Shown here piece by piece: positions 1 through 9,409 of a stretch of 64,000 nucleotides of DNA; within the stretch, counting starts at the first letter, position 1; each line of letters starts with the position of its first letter. Made by a program: the position numbers and the translations under genes. The notes under the pieces are model-generated. The model made no database searches, was not told where the DNA came from, and saw nothing but the letters and a program-made list of their open reading frames with translations. Source of the DNA: an uncultured Acidobacteriaceae bacterium (GTDB lineage: Bacteria > Acidobacteriota > Terriglobia > Terriglobales > Acidobacteriaceae); contig CAWKAU010000023.1 of the NCBI GenBank assembly GCA_963847685.1, positions 35,115-99,114 on the forward strand, read 5' to 3'.

Positions 1-1031
1 ACCTGGGCATCGAACGCGCCACCGGCAATTACCAGGATCTGCTAGCCGATGCGGAGATCAGCGCCGTCCACATTTGTACTCCCAATGCTTTGCACTTCCC
101 CATGGCGCAAGCAGCCCTGCAAGCTGGCAAGCACGTATTGTGCGAGAAACCTCTCGCCTCTACGATCGCAGAAGCAGAGACGATGATCGCGCTGGCCAAC
201 GAAAAGGGACTTGCCAATTGCACCCTATACAACGTGCGGGCTTACCCCCAGATCCAAAATATTCGCCGCATGTGCGAGGCGGGCGAACTAGGCGAAGTTC
301 AGGTGGTCCAGGGCACGTATTCGCAGGATTGGCTGCTCTACGACACAGACTGGAACTGGCGCATTGAATCAGGACCCTCGCGAACTTTCGCTGACATCGG
401 TACCCATTGGTGCGATCTGGCCGAGCACATCACGGGCCAACGAATCACGTCGCTTTGCGCGGATCTCAAGACTTTCCACACGACGCGCAAGAAACCCAAG
501 GGTTCAGTCGAAACTTTTGCCGGCAAGACACTGCGGCCCAGCGAGTATGAAGAAGTTGCGGTCACAACCGAAGACTTCGGCGCAATGATTTTCTCGATGT
601 CGGACACCAGGGGGGAGAATACGAAGGGTTCGCTGACCGTGAGCCAGATCTCCGTAGGACGCAAGAACCGCCTGTTCATCGAAGTTTTCGGTTCCAAGGC
701 ATCGGCGGCCTGGGATGCGGAAAGTCCCGACGAGCTCTGGATAGGCCATCGTAACTCGCCCAACGAGATCCTGATCAAGGATCCTTCGCTTTTGAGAGAC
801 GAGGCGCAGAGCTACGCCGACCTGCCGGGCGGGCACAGCGAGGGCTATGATGACACCTTCAAGCAGATCTTCCGCCGCTTCTACCGGAGAGTTGCCGATG
901 GGAACGCGCCAATCGAATATCCCACCTTTGAGGATGGGATTCGCCAGTTGCGTGTTCTCGACGCGGTGGTCGAGAGTTCACAGAAGAAGAGCATGGGTGC
1001 AGGTCTGAATGACCGCCCTGGAAAGGGGTAA
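1..1031 (+). CDS. Gfo/Idh/MocA family oxidoreductase (5' end upstream of window)
   Basis: The frame is open from base 3 to the stop at 1029-1031. The translation ...CTPNALHFPMAQAALQAGKHVLCEKPLA... carries the EKP motif region typical of Gfo/Idh/MocA NAD(P)-dependent oxidoreductases, followed by the C-terminal alpha/beta domain. Confidence 0.85.
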   Translation, partial: LGIERATGNYQDLLADAEISAVHICTPNALHFPMAQAALQAGKHVLCEKPLASTIAEAETMIALANEKGLANCTLYNVRAYPQIQNIRRMCEAGELGEVQVVQGTYSQDWLLYDTDWNWRIESGPSRTFADIGTHWCDLAEHITGQRITSLCADLKTFHTTRKKPKGSVETFAGKTLRPSEYEEVAVTTEDFGAMIFSMSDTRGENTKGSLTVSQISVGRKNRLFIEVFGSKASAAWDAESPDELWIGHRNSPNEILIKDPSLLRDEAQSYADLPGGHSEGYDDTFKQIFRRFYRRVADGNAPIEYPTFEDGIRQLRVLDAVVESSQKKSMGAGLNDRPGKG

Positions 1032-1037
1032 CCTCGC

Positions 1038-2213
1038 ATGGGCCCGGCACGCGTGGCACTCCTCCTCGCATTCTTAGGCTTTCTCGGCGGCGGCGATCAA
1101 CCTCCCCAAGGCAACAAATATGCCGGAGACGCCGCATGCCTCTCCTGCCACCGCGAGCAAAGCAATTCTTATGTCCACACGTCGCACCACCTGACCTCAC
1201 AGCCGGCCACCAAGGACTCCATCCTGGGCTCATTCCACGATGGGTCGAATGTGCTGATGATCGCGGATCCCAAGACCGCGGGCGATAATCCAGGCCTGTA
1301 CTTCAAAATGGAAGCCAGGGAGAACGGGTTTTTTCAGACGGCGGTCGCCGGCTGGCCTGGGCAACTGCAGACAAGAAGCGAACGGATGGAGGTGGTCATC
1401 GGATCGGGTGTGCGTGGGCAGAGCTATCTCTACTGGCACGGCGACCGATTGTTTGAGCTGCCCGTAAGCTACTGGTCGGATGGTGCGCCGATGGATCAAC
1501 AGCCCCGGGTACAAGGACGGCACGATGAATTTCTCCCGGGCCGTCATTCCGCGTTGCCTGGAGTGCCACGCCACCTCCATCAGAAGCGCGCTCCCCGGAT
1601 CCGCTGACCAATCAGTATGACAAGGCGAGCCTGGTGCTGGGCATCTTCTGCGAGCGCTGCCATGGTCCAGGCGCCAATCATATTGCGCTGCACCAGGCCA
1701 AGGTGCACGGCCGGCTGGTTACAGCAACCGGAGACACCGATTTTGAATCCCGCCAAGTTTTCCCGGGACAGGCAGGTTGACCTGTGCGCGCTGTGCCACA
1801 ACGGTATCCGCAGCGAAGAGCTGGTGCCGGCATTCTCTTACCTGCCGGGAAAGCCACTGGACAGCTATCTGCACCCCGTCGAAGGCGAGGTAGCGGCGCA
1901 TCCCGACGTGCATGGAAACCAGGTGGGGTTGCTGCAGAGAAGCCGCTGCTATTTGTCTTCGCCGAAGATGAGCTGCTCGACCTGCCACGATGTGCACCAG
2001 CCGGAGCGCCCGGCTGCGGCCTACTCCGATCGCTGTCTCACTTGTCACCAGGTGGAGAGCTGCGGCATGGCGAAAACCATGGGACACAAGATCGCGGAGA
2101 ATTGTATCGACTGCCACATGCCCGTGGAACCGACGAACGCCATCGTTTCTGCGACAGCAGGCCAAGTGATCCGGCCGAAGATGCGCAATCACTGGATCAA
2201 GATCTACCCCTGA
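1038..2213 (+). pseudogene. multihaem c-type cytochrome, reading frame broken about 3 times
   Basis: Signal peptide MGPARVALLLAFLGFLGG. There are seven CXXCH motifs (CLSCH, CLECH, CERCH, CALCH, CSTCH, CLTCH, CIDCH), but they lie in different frames. The frame of 1038 holds until about 1485. A shifted frame gives WINSPGYKDGTMNFSRAVIPRCLECHATS. A third frame gives NQYDKASLVLGIFCERCHGPGANH. The original frame resumes near 1720 (ORF 1617-2213). Confidence 0.7.
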
Positions 2214-2255
2214 AATGTTAGTTATGGGCTGAGCTACGAGTACGGCGAAGCGCGG

Positions 2256-2369
2256 TTATTGTCCGGTTGCCGTGCAAAAACCGGAATGTTTGAGTACGCC
2301 GACCAAGCTCATGCGCACAACCTCATCATCGCCGACGACAAGAATCCCGGCACTGTCCATGTACGCCAT
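2256..2369 (-). pseudogene. N-terminal fragment of a response-regulator receiver domain
   Basis: A 37-aa ORF, MAYMDSAGILVVGDDEVVRMSLVGVLKHSGFCTATGQ*. Of 23 aligned residues, 16 are identical to ILLVDDDEVVRTSLACVLESSGF of the regulator at 3525-4355. It ends before the phospho-acceptor Asp region. Confidence 0.35.
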
Positions 2370-2416
2370 TACGGACTGTCGGCATAGCGCGCTTCATGGT
2401 TAGATCAGTTTCGCAA

Positions 2417-3442
2417 TTACTGTCGGCGCCCCGCCGTCTTAGCGCGCGAAGAGCAAGAGAGGCTGGGCATTTTCATTTTCCCGGCAGCATCTTCCGGTGA
2501 GCTGCCAGAAACGCCTTCCCTATCCGATTCCCCTTGCTGACGCTTTGCTCTTTGCAAGGCATTATCAGCAGCAAGAACCAGGATCTCCGGCATGCTCGTG
2601 GTCCCGCTGGAACGAGCAAGCACGGTGGAGATGCCGATGGTCACGATGGCCCAAGCCGGGCCTTCGATCTTCTTCTTAAGAGGACTGCGCAGGGGCTCGA
2701 TGGCAGACCGTACCTTTTCCGCAACCTTGGCTGCACCACCGGGTCCAGTGGCAGGAAGAATGATCGCGATATCTTCCGCACCGTAGCGCGCAGCGACATC
2801 CGTTGCCCGCAGAACCGGAATAATCGCAGCCGCCGCTGTGGCAAGACAAGGATCCCCTGCCAGGTGAGTCTGCCAGTCATGAAATTGCGTGAAGTGATTA
2901 AAGTGAAGCAGCAAGAGAGAGATGCGCGAGCCGTCTCGTTGCGTGCGGCCCCACTCCCGCTCCAACGCTTCATCAAAGGCGCGGGGGGTAGAGAGTCCGG
3001 TCAGGGAATCTGTGAGCGCTAATTCAGAGAGTCTTTCCTCCAATATCTTAAGATCCGTGATATCGCGCATAACAATGACGGTTTCTTGTGGATCGCCCGT
3101 AACCGAATCGCACACCAGGCGCTGCCTGACGTCTATCCACGCAATCAGGCCATCTTTCTTCCGCATGCGAATAGTTGCGGAAGAATTGCCCGGGGCCGGA
3201 GAATAGCTCTCCGGGAGAGTAGAGCCAGCTTCAGAAAAGACGAAGGCATCCGGTCTCTTGCCCACCATTTCTTCCGGTCTCCAGCCCAGCACATGGAAGG
3301 ACGATGGGGAAACGTAATTCAATATCATATCCACACCGGCGCGGCAGATAACATCTATGCTGTTTTCGGCGAGGAACTGAAAACCGATCTTGTCATCAGT
3401 GGACATAAGCTCCTTCCCGGACTTTGAATCTGGAGGGCCCAA
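2417..3442 (-). CDS. PAS domain protein with degenerate GGDEF domain
   Basis: The N-terminal PAS-like region reads FLAENSIDVICRAGVDMILNYVSPSSFHVLGWRPEEMVGKR...VIVMRDITDLK. The GGDEF-domain core reads LTDSLTGLSTPRAFDEALEREW...RATDVAARYGAEDIAIILP. The signature GG[DE]EF is replaced by GAEDI (2768-2782). The start may be the internal Met at 3406. Confidence 0.85.
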   Translation of the reverse strand: MGPPDSKSGKELMSTDDKIGFQFLAENSIDVICRAGVDMILNYVSPSSFHVLGWRPEEMVGKRPDAFVFSEAGSTLPESYSPAPGNSSATIRMRKKDGLIAWIDVRQRLVCDSVTGDPQETVIVMRDITDLKILEERLSELALTDSLTGLSTPRAFDEALEREWGRTQRDGSRISLLLLHFNHFTQFHDWQTHLAGDPCLATAAAAIIPVLRATDVAARYGAEDIAIILPATGPGGAAKVAEKVRSAIEPLRSPLKKKIEGPAWAIVTIGISTVLARSSGTTSMPEILVLAADNALQRAKRQQGESDREGVSGSSPEDAAGKMKMPSLSCSSRAKTAGRRQ

Positions 3443-3524
3443 ATGTGCTGGAAGCAGTGGCCGCCCCTCATGCGGGCAGACGCGCGTTGGCTAGCCTCAT
3501 GCAGCCGGAGAGACCTCAGAGCGC

Positions 3525-4355
3525 CTAAACTGCAGCAGTATGGAGCGTTTCCCCGGTGAAGCTGGCGATGGCTTGACTAAGCTGGAAATCGATCTGGTCA
3601 GCAATGCTCATCACACCGATCAACAAAACGCTGTAGTCAATACTCGTCAGGTTGGTCTGCAAGGTGTGAAAGATGCTTACCTGCAGCATTCGGGACTCCT
3701 CCACTAACATCGCCGCGCTATAGCCTTGCCTAAAACGGTCAACGCCGTGCTCGGCAGCGCTGACGGATATCAGCTCTTTACTACCAATCGGCTGGGAAGA
3801 GCCAAGACGAGATATCAGGTCGCGGAAAACCAGAGGGAGGTGGCCACAACGCTGCTCTCGGCTCATGGGAATGGACATCAGCTTGCTATCAGTTTGAATG
3901 CGTTCGAACCACTCTTGAATAGTGCTCTCAGTGGTGCGCTCCAGAATGGCAGCCACGGTCTCGATCTCGCGCGTTCGCAAGGGACCACTTGCCACCCTCT
4001 GCCGGATGATCTGGATCAGCGAAGTTACATCCATCGGCTTGACCAGGATCTCGTCAGTCTGATGCAGGATGGCCTGAGCTGCGGCAGTCATCTCGGGAAA
4101 TGCACTCAACAGCAGCGTCACGGCACGGGGATTGGCGTGACGCATGGCACTGACCACCGTGAGCCCATCGCCCGCTCCCGGCATGTGGAGATCGCTCAGC
4201 AACACATCATAGGTCTCCGGGCCGCTGATTAGTTTCAGTGCCTCCGACACGTTGGCCGCGGGGGTGATGGTAAAACCGGAACTTTCAAGGACACAGGCCA
4301 GGCTGGTACGCACAACTTCGTCATCATCGACAAGAAGAATCCTGATATCGGCCAT
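3525..4355 (-). CDS. response regulator (receiver domain plus non-DNA-binding C-terminal domain, RsbRD_N-like)
   Basis: MADIRILLVDDDEVVRTSLACVLESSGF...YDVLLSDLHMPGAGDGL...LLSAF...ILVKP matches the receiver-domain landmarks (DD, D, S/T, K). The roughly 140-aa C-terminal part has no HTH that I can recognise. Confidence 0.85.
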   Translation of the reverse strand: MADIRILLVDDDEVVRTSLACVLESSGFTITPAANVSEALKLISGPETYDVLLSDLHMPGAGDGLTVVSAMRHANPRAVTLLLSAFPEMTAAAQAILHQTDEILVKPMDVTSLIQIIRQRVASGPLRTREIETVAAILERTTESTIQEWFERIQTDSKLMSIPMSREQRCGHLPLVFRDLISRLGSSQPIGSKELISVSAAEHGVDRFRQGYSAAMLVEESRMLQVSIFHTLQTNLTSIDYSVLLIGVMSIADQIDFQLSQAIASFTGETLHTAAV

Positions 4356-4484
4356 CTAAGTCTCTAAAGTGGAGTATCGGAGGATTTCTTGCATTGTTTA
4401 GGCCAGAATGGCCCATTTCCTATTGCGTCTGCACTTGAGCCAAACTCGTCACTTCCGTAATCCTTCGGGCACCGCCGGAGACAC

Positions 4485-5351
4485 TTAAGAGCGAGGACGT
4501 ATGGAGCCGCCAAAGCGCTGCTCCATACGCTGATACCAGGTCTCGTCGTCGGCCGCGTTCATGTCTACGTGTTCCTCGTCCGTCATGGCCATGCGTCCGG
4601 CAATGGTAGGTTCTGCGTCGGGGCCCACCGGGTGACGCAGTTTCCAGGTGCCGCTTTCTATGATGTGCAGGACTTTCTCTGCCACCAGCGAGGGCTGTGC
4701 CGGGTTCTTGAGGGACGCGGCAAACATATGGGCGAAACGACGTTGCTGGGTGTAAATGGAGTCGCTTTGCGGCGCCTCTAGCGATCTCGCCATAGGGGTA
4801 TCGATGATGCCGGGCTCGACGATGGCAACCCGGACGTTAAAGGTCTTCATCTCCTGGGCGAGGGCCTCACTCAGCGCCTCTAACGCAAACTTGGAGGCGG
4901 TGTAGGGCGCCATGGGTGAAGAAGCGACGCGCCCCGCCACCGAGCTTATATTGATGATGCATCCGCTCTTGCGCTCACGCATGGAAGGCACAACCGCCTG
5001 GATGCAACGGATGGCGCCAAAGTAGTTCGTCTCCATCACCGCCCGGAACTCCGCCAACGGAAGTTCTTCCACCGACCCTTCCCGGGCCAGGCCGGCGTTG
5101 TTCACCAGAACATCAATGTTGCCAGCCTCTTGGTAGATTTGGGTGATCGCTGTTTTCACCGAGCTGTCGGAGTCAACATCCATCACCACAACGCGGATCG
5201 GCAGACCTTCCTCCGCGGCTTTCTGCCCCAATTTGGGAGCCCGGGAGGGATTGCGCATGGTGGCGTAGACGTTATGCCCAGCCCGGGCCAGCGTGAGAGC
5301 GGTCTCCAGTCCAAGGCCTGAGCTGGTTCCGGTAATGAGTACAGATGGCAT
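4485..5351 (-). CDS. SDR family oxidoreductase
   Basis: MPSVLITGTSSGLGLETAL (TGxxxGxG), NNAG, and the catalytic S...YxxxK (ISSVAG...YTASKFALEAL). The ATG at 5351 was chosen over the longer ORF-track start at 5423. Confidence 0.9.
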   Translation of the reverse strand: MPSVLITGTSSGLGLETALTLARAGHNVYATMRNPSRAPKLGQKAAEEGLPIRVVVMDVDSDSSVKTAITQIYQEAGNIDVLVNNAGLAREGSVEELPLAEFRAVMETNYFGAIRCIQAVVPSMRERKSGCIINISSVAGRVASSPMAPYTASKFALEALSEALAQEMKTFNVRVAIVEPGIIDTPMARSLEAPQSDSIYTQQRRFAHMFAASLKNPAQPSLVAEKVLHIIESGTWKLRHPVGPDAEPTIAGRMAMTDEEHVDMNAADDETWYQRMEQRFGGSIRPRS

Positions 5352-5753
5352 GGCTTGCTCTCCTATGGTTGCTCTCGGCGTGATACCCTGAGCCCACAAC
5401 CTTGGGCTAGGGGCGGCTTGCATCGGCTATTGTGCAGACGTCTCCAACCTCAGTGGCGGGCGGGCCTTCTGGTTCACCGGATGACACTTTCCGGACAAAA
5501 GGTAGCACGGTTGGTGAGGGGTGGGTCTAAATTCACACTTCTCTAACGATAGAACAATACTCTACAATCAATACTCTCAGTCAGGCCATCAGCACTTTTC
5601 CAGGGATGAGAGGCGGATTTCGTCTCGACTCCGCTTGGAACGATTCGTTCACACCGCTGAAGCTTTGTTACGGGCCCCGCAAAAAAAACCAGCACAGTGG
5701 TTGATCTGCCGAAAGTCGCAACAACTGTTTTATTTCAGGAGGGTAGTGTGCGT

Positions 5754-8700
5754 ATGTATCAGTCACGTTTCTTGTCTTTATGTGCCAGAGGAGTCTTCGG
5801 CGCGTTCGCGGTTGTCTTACTGGTGTTTTCCGCGGGTCGCCATGGCCTCGCCCAATCCATCCAGGGCAGCATTATCGGAACAGTCCAGGACAAGGCCGGG
5901 GCGGTCGTTCCGGGCGCAACACTGACACTGCAAAACCTCGATGAAGGCTCGACCCGCACAACCACCTCCAGCGCCAGCGGCGACTACAAATTTCTCGACG
6001 CCAAGGCCGGGCGCTATTCTCTGCTGGTGGAAAACGCCGGCTTTGAAAAGTGGCAAACCACCGGCGTTATGCTGGCCGCGCGCCAGGAGCTCCGCATCGA
6101 CGTGGGGCTCGTGGTCGGTAGCGTACAGCAGGAAGTCGACGTTTCGGCGGACACCATCAGCGCGATCAACACCGAGAGCCCGGCGATCAGCGCCGTGTAT
6201 TCGGCTGCAGAGGCAGCGAATCTGCCGGTCAATACCCGGGCCAGCGCCAACGGTACCAGCCCGCTGAACATCGTGGGCACCCTTCCCGGCGTGCAGGCGG
6301 ACCACACCAGCTTTTCCCTGCAGGGAGGTTTGCCTTTTCAGACCGAGATTGCGGTCGATGGCATTACTGTCCAAAGCGCGACCGGAAACTCGCCCATTGC
6401 CGATGCATTCCCTTCCACCGAGTCCATTTCTGAACTGCGGGCCGACGGCGCAATGAATAATGCTGAGTTTGGCCAACCCGGTGAGATCACCGTCATCAGC
6501 AAAGCGGGAACGAATACCATTCACGGCTCTGCATTCTGGTACCACCAGAATGCGGCCTTTGACGCCATTCCCTATACCTTCCCCATCACCACTACCAAGC
6601 CCAAGCTCATCGGCAATACATACGGCGGCGCCTTCGGCGGCCCGGTGGTGATTCCTCACCTCTACAACGGCCACAACAGGAGCTTCGTCTTCGGCGCATA
6701 CGAGGGGTGGCGGCATCCTTCGCAGACGACGGAGCTCTACAAGGTGCCCAGCACGCTGATGAAGAAGGGCGACTTTTCCAAGTACGTTTCCACCGGATTT
6801 ACCGGGCTTACCAACCCTTTCACCGGCGGGAGCTACGGTACTGCTCTGCCCGCGCTCAATGCGTCCGCGGTAAAACTATTGCAGTTCTATCCTGACCCGA
6901 ACGTCGGAGACCCGACGTACGTATACCGATGATGGAACACCCAACTACGTCGTGAATAAGGACACGAGCGGGCACTCGGATCAATTCGACATTCGCGGTG
7001 ACCAATACTTCGGCGCAAACCAGAAATTTCTGTTGTGGGGCCGCTTTACCTGGAAGAACTTTCCGACCAACAGCTCCGAGCCACTGGCGGTGCCTTCGGC
7101 GCAGAACACAAACCAGACGCGGGTCTTGAAAATCAGCGCAAACTATACGGTTACGCCACACATCATCAATGAGTTTGGATTTGGTTTCACATTAGCACCA
7201 CGGGGACTTCGAACAGCTTCGATGGCAAGGCGTTCACCGAGGGTCTCGGGTCTGAACGGGCTGCAAAACCTTTTCTACAACGGCATACCCGAGGTCGATT
7301 TCAATAACGTCAGCTCGTCTGAATGCGGACCGGTTGAGTTCCCTGACCAAGTCGCATACGTACGTTTACACCGACGCTCTAAGCTGGTCCAAAGGACATC
7401 ACGAATTCAAGTTCGGCACCGACATCCGGACACTGGAAGCGATCACTCCGCTGGGCTTCAACGGCTCCGACAACTACGGCACTTTCCAGTACAACACGCA
7501 GAACAGCAGCGGGCTTTTTACCGGCGTGGATTTCGCCGACTTCCTGCTCGGACTGCCCTACCAGACCTTCTATGACGTGGTGCAGGAAGACAACGACGGA
7601 AAGTCCACTCATTACCACTTCTTTGCCCAGGATCAATGGAAGGTGAGCTCGAATCTTTCGCATCACTTATGGCATTCGCTACGAGCTTCATCCCGGCTAT
7701 TACGACGTTCACGGAGATATCGGCAACTTTGTTCCCATCCCGGGATCGGGCGAATCCATCTATCCCGATGGAGCCGCAAGCCTGCTGGCCGACCACCTTC
7801 CTGGCCAGCGCCAATGCCTGCACTCCCTATGGATCGACCACGGGGAGCACGATCAACGGCGTAGGTTGCATGCCGGTGCTCTCGAACAGCCAGGCGGGCT
7901 ACCCCAAGGGCTTGAAAAAATATCCTCATTACCGGTTCATGCCGCGGTTCGGCTTTGCGTATCGGCCGTTCGACAACGACAAGACGGCGATCCGCGGCGG
8001 CTTTGGCATGTACAACATCACCGTCCTGGGATCGAATTTTCTATTCTCTGACCGGCACTCTGCAGGCGCAGACAACCCAATACACCAACACGCTGGACAC
8101 GACCACGCACGCGATTGGCTACCAGTGGCCGCAGATTTACGCGGGCGCGGGCAGTGCCGGTTGCTCCACCTGCTACGGGCAGGATTATTTCGGTACGGCG
8201 AACAGCGCGAACTGGAAGGATCCCTATACGGAGCAATGGTCTTTAAGCGTGGATCATTCGATAGGCTCCGGATATACGACGCGGCTCTCCTATATCGGCT
8301 CGGAAACGCATCAACTGGTATGGGCTCCGGATGAAAATACTCTTCCCTTCTCGAGCACGCTTTCGGCGGCAAACGCGCCGTTCAGCGCCCGGCTGTTTCC
8401 CAATTGGGGCCGCATCAACACCCGCGCGACGGGTGCGAACGCGAGCTACCATTCCTTGCAGGCGGAGTTCGGTCATCGCTTCCAGAAAGGGCTGCAATTC
8501 GACTCCTCCTATACCTTTGCCAAAGCGCTGGCCGACAACCAGGGGCCTGCCAATAACAGCGGCTTTGCCGGGGAGAACGGCGGATCGCGCGCCTCGTCGG
8601 TCCTGGCCCGCTATGTCGACTTCGGCAATGTCTACGGCACCCGCCGCAATCGCTGGAACACGACCATGGTCTACGACCTGCCGGTCGGCCGCGGAAGGCA

Positions 8701-9312
8701 GTTTGGTTCCTCGATGTCTCGCATCGCGGACCTGGCTGTCGGTGGGTGGCGTCTCGCCAACATCTTCCTGTGGCAAAGTGGTCCGTTTGAATCGCCCTAC
8801 TTCCCGAACGGCCAGGGAGATCCCTCCGGTACCGGCTCGGGTCTAAACGGCACGAACACGGGCTTTGATGGCGGCCATCGCAACCAATACCCGGATAAGG
8901 TTCCCGGAGTAAGCCAGAAGCCCTCAGGGCCGCACCCGCTATCTTGTGGGTCAACCCGGCCTCGTTCACCTGCCCGGGATATCCCGGATGGGTGCCGGGA
9001 ACAGCCTGCACCACGGGTAGCGGCACCGGCCCGTTCCCCAACCCGATTGGCCGGTTTGGCAATGCCGGAGTCGGCTCCATCGTGGGCCCGGGAACGGTCA
9101 ATCTGTCGTCCGGCCTGAGCAAGGTTTTCCCCATCACCGAGCGGATCAATTTTCGCCTGGAGGGCACGTTTACCAATGTGCTTAACCACACCAACCTGGG
9201 TGATCCGAACGTGAACATCGCCTCTCCGAGTTTTGGATTGATCAACAACACGATTGGTTCAGACTTTGGCGGGGCTCGTTCAGGCCAGATCTCGGCCAGG
9301 TTGGACTTCTAA
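5754..9312 (+). pseudogene. TonB-dependent receptor-like outer-membrane protein (CarboxypepD_reg N-terminus), frame broken about 8 times
   Basis: It has a signal peptide and a carboxypeptidase-regulatory-like fold segment (GSIIGTVQDKAGAVVPGATLTLQNLDEGSTRTTTSSASGDYKFLDAKAGRYSLLVENAGF). A plug-like region follows, then a long barrel ending ...GGARSGQISARLDF*. A continuous protein requires frame changes near 6925, 7192, 7250, 7320, 7660, 7790, 8038 and 8935. Track ORFs 5697, 6952, 7334, 7636, 7955 and 8944 are pieces of it. Confidence 0.7.
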
Positions 9313-9319
9313 ACGCGGT

Positions 9320-9352
9320 CCTCCGGGGACGGCATGCAGCCGTCCCCGGAGG
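9320..9352. terminator. strong hairpin between convergent genes (candidate bidirectional terminator)
   Basis: A perfect 14-bp stem, cctccggggacggc / gccgtccccggagg, with loop atgca. It starts 8 nt after the stop at 9310-9312 and lies before the end of the minus-strand gene at 9410. Confidence 0.6.
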
Positions 9353-9409
9353 GACTCCTCTTTATCTGCCCAACCCAGTATCAGGATTTCGCGAAGAATG
9401 TTTCGACCA

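Noticed and set aside
5817-6716. Long antisense ORFs. Examples: 5817-6716(-), 8415-9251(-), 9716-10897(+), 15179-16057(-), 29946-30578(-), 33900-34490(-), 36043-37179(-), 56277-56903(-), 57477-58031(-), 60223-60948(-).
   Set aside because: Each lies opposite a gene with strong family motifs. Their translations are Arg/Gly/Pro/Ala-rich with no recognisable domains. That is the expected by-product of stop-poor antisense frames in GC-rich DNA.
1038-9312. Programmed ribosomal frameshifting or recoding as an explanation for the split genes.
   Set aside because: There are up to eight shifts per gene, in both directions. I could see no shared slippery heptamer or downstream structure at the junctions. 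No known programmed system works this way.
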